Assembly (NCBI GenBank): GCA_951406725.2
Contig: OX597828.1
Span: forward strand, 42,284,001 to 42,348,000
Source of the DNA: Octopus vulgaris
Taxonomy: Eukaryota
Reading direction: 5' to 3'
Length of the DNA stretch: 64,000 nucleotides
The notes beneath the pieces are model-generated. The model was not told the DNA's origin. It did no database searches and saw only the letters and a list, made by a program, of their open reading frames with translations. The position numbers and the translations under genes are program-made. This document shows, piece by piece, positions 56,346 through 64,000 of the stretch. Each line of letters begins with the position of its first letter. Position 1 is the stretch's first letter.

Positions 56346-56747
56346 AAAAAAGTGCTGATAGTAAGGATTGCAGTGGGGATGGGTGAGGGTTTGTCATAGT
56401 ATATTCTATATAGAACCTTCTATGTGAACATTAGTCCGAGATAGATAGATCTAGGTGTCAAATATTTCGTTTCAGATATTCAGTCTGTAGAAGAGACACC
56501 TGGGGTACATTAAGGGTGGAAGTGTCTGCAAGATATGCAAAGAAACTTCATGTATCAAAAAACAGTGGATTATAATCAGGGTGGTACAATCTTCAGCTTT
56601 TATAGAAGTCTTTGACTCTGCACACCACCTGGGTGTTATTAAGGGTGGTATTGCTTATAGATGTATATATGAGTTTGTGCGTTTGTGCGTGTGTGTGCTT
56701 GTGTGTTTTGTGTGTGTGTGTATGTGTGTGCGTGTGTGCGTGTGTGT

Positions 56748-56789
<42 letters not shown>

Positions 56790-57134
56790 TTGCGTAGCGG
56801 GTAACGTCCGGTATTAAAATTACTTAAGGGTATAATGAACGTAGATATATAGTTGCAGCCAACCAAAGGTTTTTTTTTTCTATATTGAAGAAACCAAACC
56901 TTTGTATGTAGTTATATTGGGAAATTTGTATCAAGGCCATATTCTGGGTGTAATAAGGGTAGGAAGTGAGAGAAGTTATTCTTGATGCTATCGCAGCCAC
57001 CCAGAAGAAATACATTAAGAATGATAGCGTGTTTTAGTTTATGGCGCGAGATTTATATCAAAGTAACCTCACGGTATAATGAAACCGGGTACAACACTGC
57101 AGTTAAGGGTATGTTGAGAGTACATATGTATGTT

Positions 57135-57419
57135 TTATATTTTACCTGCTTCAAACCTTGCACTGCGGTCATTCTGGGTCACCACCTTGAAGGGTTTTAG
57201 TCGAATGAATTGACCCGGGTACATGTGTTTGTTTTTTTTCTTTTATAAGTTTGGTACTTCTGTTGGTCGCTTTTGCTGTATCGCTAAGTTAGAGGATATC
57301 AACAAACTAGCATCGGCTGTCAAGCGGTGGGAAAACAGACGCGAATACGTAGACACACATACACAAACACACACGCATATATATGTATATGTATGCATAT
57401 ATGTATGCATGTATGTATG

Positions 57420-57450
<31 letters not shown>

Positions 57451-57657
57451 GTATGTATGTATGTATATATGTATGTATGTAAATATGCATGTATATTTAT
57501 GGATGTATATATGTGTATGTATATATGTATGTATATATGTATGTATATATGTATGTATGTGTATATGTATGTATGCATATATGTATGAATATATGTATAT
57601 ATGTATGCCTGTACATATATGTATGTATATGTGTATCTATGTATATATGTATGCACG

Positions 57658-57691
<34 letters not shown>

Positions 57692-57797
57692 CACCTTTAT
57701 ATGCATGCATATATATATATGTATACGACGAGCTTCTTTCAGTTTCCGTCTACCAAAACCATTCAGAAGGCTTTGGTCGACCCCACGTTGTAGTAGA
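57135..57797 (-). mobile_element. Old SINE family A with expanded internal microsatellite
   Basis: Tail and body match either side of the (TATG)n expansion. Confidence 0.7.
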
Positions 57798-57814
57798 AGG
57801 CCCTCGCATTCACT

Positions 57815-58232
57815 AATTGTGATGGTAGAATTGCAATCCTTCCAGGACAGTTATCCTTGATCTGCATCGCATTTAACCATTGTCACTTGATAGCGTTGGG
57901 CTTGGAACTTTCCAGCATTAAGCTGCGTATTATTGGCGCCAGCCCACTTGCATATTCCACCTAACTCTGGTTACAGGTACGTGCCATGTTCAATGTATAG
58001 TATTACCTGTGAGACTTTGATGTCATCAGCGTAGGTTGTGTGGATGAGGGCATATCTGAAGGGGCCACTATGAACAACAATGTCCCCAAGAAAATATCCC
58101 GTGGGACACCACTCATTATTTGCGTTTCTGTAGGCGTGGCACCCGATTTCTATCTAGCAGAAAGACATGCCGCCATTCTGTTCGTTTATCGATTATGCCG
58201 AGATCATGCTGTTTATGATCGACTTCATCGAA
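57815..58232 (-). mobile_element. CR1/L2-group LINE reverse transcriptase fragment
   Basis: FDEVDH..LGI..W..FLLDR; GVPRDIFLGTLLFI; YADD at 58022-58033; WAGANNTQLNAGKF. Confidence 0.8.
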
Positions 58233-59466
58233 TAAGATGGATGAGAAATATTTTCCCAACCAAGCTCTTCGATCTTTTGTCATATGATATTTGCAGTGTG
58301 GGGTCGCGCATTGTCGCCATGAAACATCACTCCTTTTCGATTCACTAAAGCGGGTCTTTTTTTCTTCAAAGCTTGATTCAAACGTTCTCATTGCTAACAG
58401 TAGACTTGAGCATTGATTGTTGCATTAGGTGGTAGCAATTCCAAGTGAATTACTCCTTTGCAATCCCACCAGATAGAGGGAAGAAGTTTTTTCCCATGAA
58501 GTTCCCTTCTCGGTTGTGGTTGAGCATTTTTCCCTTTTACCAAGCCACTGTTTACAACGTTTAACATTTCGATGGAAAATCCATTTTTCGTCACCAGTCA
58601 CAAGTCTATCCAAAAAGAGTGAAATGAGTTCGCGAGAATGGAGAGAAGAGCAGATGTCAACTCAGGATTTTCGGTTGCTTTCGGACAATTCATGAGGCAC
58701 CCATTTTCCAAGTTTAGGAACCTTTCCAAGTTGTTGAAGATGACGATGAACAGTTGTATGGTTTGAACTAAGTTTTATTGCCAATTCTTCAACTGATAAT
58801 GCAGGCTTTTCTTCAAGTAATGCCTCAAGGAGCTTATCATCAAGCTCAACTGAACATCCTGTTCGATCTTCATCTTCAAGGCTGAAATCCCCACTTCTGA
58901 ATTTTGCAAGTTCTTTCATTCAAGCATACTTTTCCACAAACTGAGTGTATGTTTCGAGTCGCTTTGGCTGCAGAGTTTCCTTTTTTGTGCCTCAAAGGCT
59001 CTTTGGATACTTCCATGTTAGAAAGGGTTTTAATCAAAGAAAAATTGAATTCTATTTGTCTGTAAAATAATATTGAATCATCTTTATATATTTGTTTTGC
59101 AAGATTCTTGATGTGAAATCGTGTATTGAAACATATGTTGTTGCATTTAGGAATGGCCATGTTGCCAGTTTAGCCAATAAAAACACACGCATTATATATT
59201 TGGTGTTAATTTGCTTCAGCTTTATGTATTTTTTACATTAATCTTAATAAAGCTGAAGCAAATTAACACCAAATATATAATGCGTGTGTTTTTATTGGCT
59301 AAACTGGCAACATGACCCTTCCTAAATACAACAACAATATTTAATTAGTTTAAATGTACACAAATGCATAAAAATAATTTTTAATTCCATTAGACATTCT
59401 AAAATACCATTAAATTTCATTCAGTTTTAAAAAGGTAAGATCGGACGTAAATTATGGGATGACCTG
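58228..59466 (-). mobile_element. Mariner transposon, 3'-truncated, transposase pseudogene (ATG about 59016)
   Basis: KFRSGDFSLED, GKWVPHELSE, LVTGDEKWI, WWDCKG, HGDNARPH, HPSYS; terminal TA|TCAGGTCATCCCATAA. Confidence 0.92.
59088..59336. mobile_element. Family P3 fold-back insert (90-bp arms 59136-59225/59247-59336) inside the mariner 5' region
   Basis: Arms match 1845-1935. Confidence 0.75.
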
Positions 59467-59618
<152 letters not shown>

Positions 59619-59753
59619 GTATATCACGACCAGACCATCAGATGTTGCTACACATCGCTGGTCACAATGCGTTCGCATTGTTTTAGCCTTCGAATGACGC
59701 CACCCCGCTGGCTAAGCGAGCACAATATATACGGCCAATATACATATATATAC

Positions 59754-59879
<126 letters not shown>

Positions 59880-59970
59880 ATATATATACATATATATATA
59901 TACACATATATATTCTGTAGTTTCAGCTCAGAGCTGCGGCCATGCTGATGCACCACCGTTATATATATAT

Positions 59971-60005
59971 GTTTCCGACGAAGAGCTCCGCTCGAAACGT
60001 TAAAC
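59971..60005 (+). ncRNA. Minimal type I hammerhead motif (U4C variant) heading a TA-flanked insert to about 60102
   Basis: GTTT-CCGACGA-A-GAGC tcc GCTC-GAAA-CG-TT-AAAC. Confidence 0.65.
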
Positions 60006-60134
60006 CCTCCCTCTTTCCTTCTTTCCTGAGCGTCCAATAATACTATATTTGTTCCACGTCCTCGCGTTGTTGTGTTTTTTTGTGCTTTCTTGTTTGGATT
60101 AACTATATATATATATATATATATAAATATATAA

Positions 60135-60337
60135 TCCTTCTTTCTTTTATAGGAACAAGGCCTGAAGTTATGTGGGGAGGTGATTAGTCGATTAGATTGA
60201 CCCCCAGAATCTCACTGGTACTTAATTTATCGAACCCGAAAGAATGAAAGGTAAAGCCAACCTCGGCAGAATTTGAACTCAGAACGTAGCTAAGCATTTC
60301 GACCGGCGTGCTAACGATTCTGCCAGCTCGCTACCTT
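60135..60337 (-). mobile_element. SINE family B, older
   Basis: Body and head match. Confidence 0.75.
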
Positions 60338-60419
60338 AGAGATATATATAATGTCTGTGAATGCAGATCAGTGGATACATGTGTGTGTGCGTGTATCTTC
60401 GCGCGCGCATGTGTGTGCA

Positions 60420-60442
60420 GGTTAGGGTTAGGGTTAGGGTTA
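60420..60442 (+). repeat. Short interstitial telomeric repeat (TTAGGG)3+
   Basis: GGTTAGGGTTAGGGTTAGGGTTA. Confidence 0.7.
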
Positions 60443-60736
60443 TATGTTTATATGTGTGTGATATCGAAACTGCTTATTGTGATCGTAGATAACTTAATGA
60501 AATCATGTTATTGTAATCAAAATTAATGCGTTCTCAACTCTTCAAATACTGTCATATATGTTTAATGTTATCAGATAGATCTGATTCGAGTAATAATAAT
60601 AAGCGGCTTTCAACCTATGCATGCACGTGTGTGTGCGTGTGTATGGCACATATTTCATATCCATATCTCACTCTCTCTTTGTCTCTCTTCTCGCCCCCCT
60701 CTCTCTCTCTATCTATTCTATCTATTTGAATATATA

Positions 60737-61078
60737 TACTCTCTTTTACTCTTTACTCTTTTACTTGTTTCAGTCATCTGACTGCAGCCATGCTGGAGCA
60801 CCGCCCGCCTTTAGTCGAGCAAATCGACCCCAGGACTTATTCTTTGGAAGACTAGTACTTATTCTATCGGTCTATTTTGTCGAACCGATAAGTTACGGGG
60901 ACGTAAATACACCAGCATCGGTTGTCAAGCGGTTGTCAACCCCAGTGCGTAACTGGTACTTAATTTATCGACCCCGAAAAGTTGACCTCGGCGGAATTTG
61001 AACTCAGAACGTAACGGCAGACGAAATACGGCTACGCATTTCGCCCGGCGTGCTAACGGTTCTGCCAGCTCGCCGCCT
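60737..61078 (-). mobile_element. Composite: SINE B 5' part joined to SINE A 3' part
   Basis: Junction about 60930-60940 with CGGTTGTCAA duplicated. Confidence 0.75.
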
Positions 61079-61129
61079 TATGTACATACATATATAGGTA
61101 TATACATATATACATACATATATATATAT

Positions 61130-61480
61130 AATACGCCAGCTAAGCTTCGTTGAACTGTCTAAAGTCGTAAGACACCCGCTGTTTTTGTCCTGTTATTACT
61201 ATTATTGTTTTTTGTATTTATATTCGTGTGGCATCGTCCGTTTTTCTGTCCTTGTTTCGTATACATTCGATTTATTTTTCTAAGAAATCTAATGCTCGTA
61301 GCTTAGTTTTTCCTTGGGGCTGGCCGGATCGGAGCGATCTCACGATTAACCAGCCAAAAATGCGAGAATGATCCGGTTCTTGACTGAAGATTGAAGGCTT
61401 CGAATGTCCCGTCCGTGTTTTTTGTATCGTCTTCTAAATGTTTTGCGTTCATGTCCCAGTTTGTATTTTTCTACATATAA
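61130..61480 (+). mobile_element. TA-flanked T-rich insert with hairpin-AAAA...CTGAAGA motif
   Basis: Architecture like 6495-6890. Confidence 0.45.
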
Positions 61481-61555
61481 TATATATATAGCGACGCCCG
61501 TACCTTTTTTGGTCTTGTATGTAAGTACATATTTATATATATATATATATATAAT

Positions 61556-61906
61556 GTGGCAGTCCATCGGTTACTACGACGAATGTTCCACTTGATCCGA
61601 TCAACGGAACCGCCTGCTCGTGAAATTAACGTACAAGTGGCTGAGCACTCCACAGGGTCGTTTACCCCTAATGTAGTTTTCGAGGAGATTCAGCGTGACA
61701 CACGGTATGACAAGTATGCCACTTTCAAAAAACAGGTACAGCAGAAACAGGAAGAAAGAGTGAGAGAAAGTTGATGTGAAAGAGTAAAGCAGGGTTCGCC
61801 AACACTCCCTGCAGGAGCCTCGTGTTTTGGCCCATTAAACACTCACAATCTGCAACCTACGATCGCGAGTCCGCTGTCCTAATAACTGGGCCATTGCGCC
61901 TCCACT
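61556..61906 (-). mobile_element. SINE family C
   Basis: Reverse complement matches 21190-21574. Confidence 0.82.
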
Positions 61907-62028
61907 ATATGTGTGTGTGTGTGTGTTTATGTCGACTTACAATAGAGGTAAGTTTACATCGCCTTCAAGGCTTATTCAGTACTTTTTGTTTAGTACAAAT
62001 ATGTTACATTTTAAGTAGAATAACATTG

Positions 62029-62073
62029 ACAGTGACTTCGAAGTTTCGGCTTCCTTAGCCTTTCTCGGACAAT
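62029..62073 (-). ncRNA. Degenerate hammerhead motif
   Basis: Reverse complement GT-CCGAGAA-A-GGCT aagga AGCC-GAAA-CTTCGAAG-TC-ACTGT. Confidence 0.55.
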
Positions 62074-62128
62074 GTATATATATATATACATATGTGTGTG
62101 TGTGTGTGTGTTTGTACGTGTGTGTGTT

Positions 62129-62188
<60 letters not shown>

Positions 62189-62239
62189 TGCATCGTAGCA
62201 CTCAATCGGTTACGACGGTTCTGCTGTATATATATATAA

Positions 62240-62302
62240 AGAAGACAGGTGGTGTAGAAAACAAATATGTGTTAGTATAACGCTCAGGTATTGAAGTCTT
62301 TT
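62240..62302 (-). mobile_element. Family P1 fragment beginning at the hammerhead cleavage site
   Basis: Reverse complement (gta)AAAGACTTCAATACCTGAGCG matches 953 onward. Confidence 0.6.
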
Positions 62303-62366
62303 ACATACATATGTGTGTGGGGTTTGTACGTGTGTGTGTGTGTGTATATATATATATCTATATATC

Positions 62367-62426
<60 letters not shown>

Positions 62427-62500
62427 CACACGCGTACAAACACACACTCACATGTGTTAGTAAGTATTTAATTACACATGGAGACACATATCTATCTATC

Positions 62501-63083
62501 TTATTTCTTTATTGTCCACAAGGGGCTAAACATAGAGGGGACAAACAAGGACAGACTAGGGGATTAAGTCGATTACATCGACCCCAGTGCGTAACTGGTT
62601 ACTTAATTTATTGACCACGAAATGATGAAAGGCAAAGTCGAATTCCTCAGAATTTGAACTCTGAAGGTAACGGCAAACGAAATACATATTTCTTTACTGC
62701 CCACAAGGGACTACACACAGAGGGGACAAACAAGGACAGACAAATGGATTAAGTCGATTATATCGACCCCAGTGCGTAACTGGTACTTATTTAATCGACC
62801 CCGAAAGGATGAAAGGGATTTGAACTCAGATCGTTGCGGCAGACGAAATACCTATTTCTTTATTACCCACAAGGAGCTAAACACAGAGCGGACAAACAAG
62901 GACAGACATAGGTATTAAGTCGATTACATCGACCCCAGTGCGTAACTGGTACTTAATTTATCGACCCCGAAAGGATGAAAGGCAAAGTCGAATTCGGCGG
63001 AATTTGAACTCACAACGTAACGCAGACGAAATACCGCTAAGCATTTCGCCTGGCGTGCTAACGTTTCTGCCAGCTCGCTGCCT
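62501..63083 (-). mobile_element. SINE family B, one head plus three tandem bodies
   Basis: Tails at about 62501, 62687, 62852; head at 63030-63083. Confidence 0.88.
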
Positions 63084-63136
63084 TTCTATGTCAGGTATCT
63101 AGCATCACTGGCAGAGATCTATATCTAACTGTCTAT

Positions 63137-63204
<68 letters not shown>

Positions 63205-63205
63205 A

Positions 63206-63236
<31 letters not shown>

Positions 63237-63326
63237 TTCTTTCTTACTCTATCTCTCTCTCTCTCTCTTTGTCTCTCTCTCTCTCCCTCACTCTCTCTCT
63301 CTCTCTCTGTATATACATATATATAT

Positions 63327-63813
<487 letters not shown>

Positions 63814-63918
63814 CACACACCCACTCCTGTGCCTATGTGTGTGTGTGTGTATGTGTGTGTGAATGTGTGTGAATGTTTCTATGCATGTATGCATGTATGT
63901 ACGTATGTGTGCATCTAT

Positions 63919-64000
63919 GTAGGAGTGGCTGTGTGGTAAGTAGCTTGCTAACCAACCACATGGTTCCGGGTTCAGTCCCACTGCGTGGCATCTTGGGCAA
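63919..64000 (+). mobile_element. SINE family A head, cut by the window edge
   Basis: GGAGTGGCTGTGTGGTAAGTAGCTTGC...GGGTTCAGTCCC. Confidence 0.88.

Overview
Repeat-saturated, AT-rich metazoan non-coding DNA. The 5S-type sequence, TTAGGG repeats and SINE set point to a coleoid cephalopod such as Octopus (inference). No intact host protein-coding gene is supported; almost all ORFs in the track are microsatellite artefacts. Recognisable content includes about 35 tRNA-derived SINE copies in several families, two decayed Tc1 elements, a decayed mariner, a mariner MITE whose left junction is amplified 9x as a 108-bp array, a pogo (Brinker-domain) fragment, a non-autonomous Helitron, CR1/L2-group LINE fragments, two R4/Dong-like RLE-LINE ends sitting in (TACA)n, and a 5S rRNA-derived copy. 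The most striking unannotated layer is a set of short ORF-less inserts embedded in (TA)n tracts. At least 6 unrelated families each carry a type I hammerhead ribozyme motif with a palindromic mini-stem III, often inside fold-back (inverted) structures. The best example is a perfect 222-bp inverted repeat with an intact hammerhead in each arm at 32021-32543. These resemble Penelope-like retroelement pLTR remnants or non-autonomous derivatives. Coordinates were read by eye and may be off by a few bases; family names (A-E, P1, P3) are my own labels.
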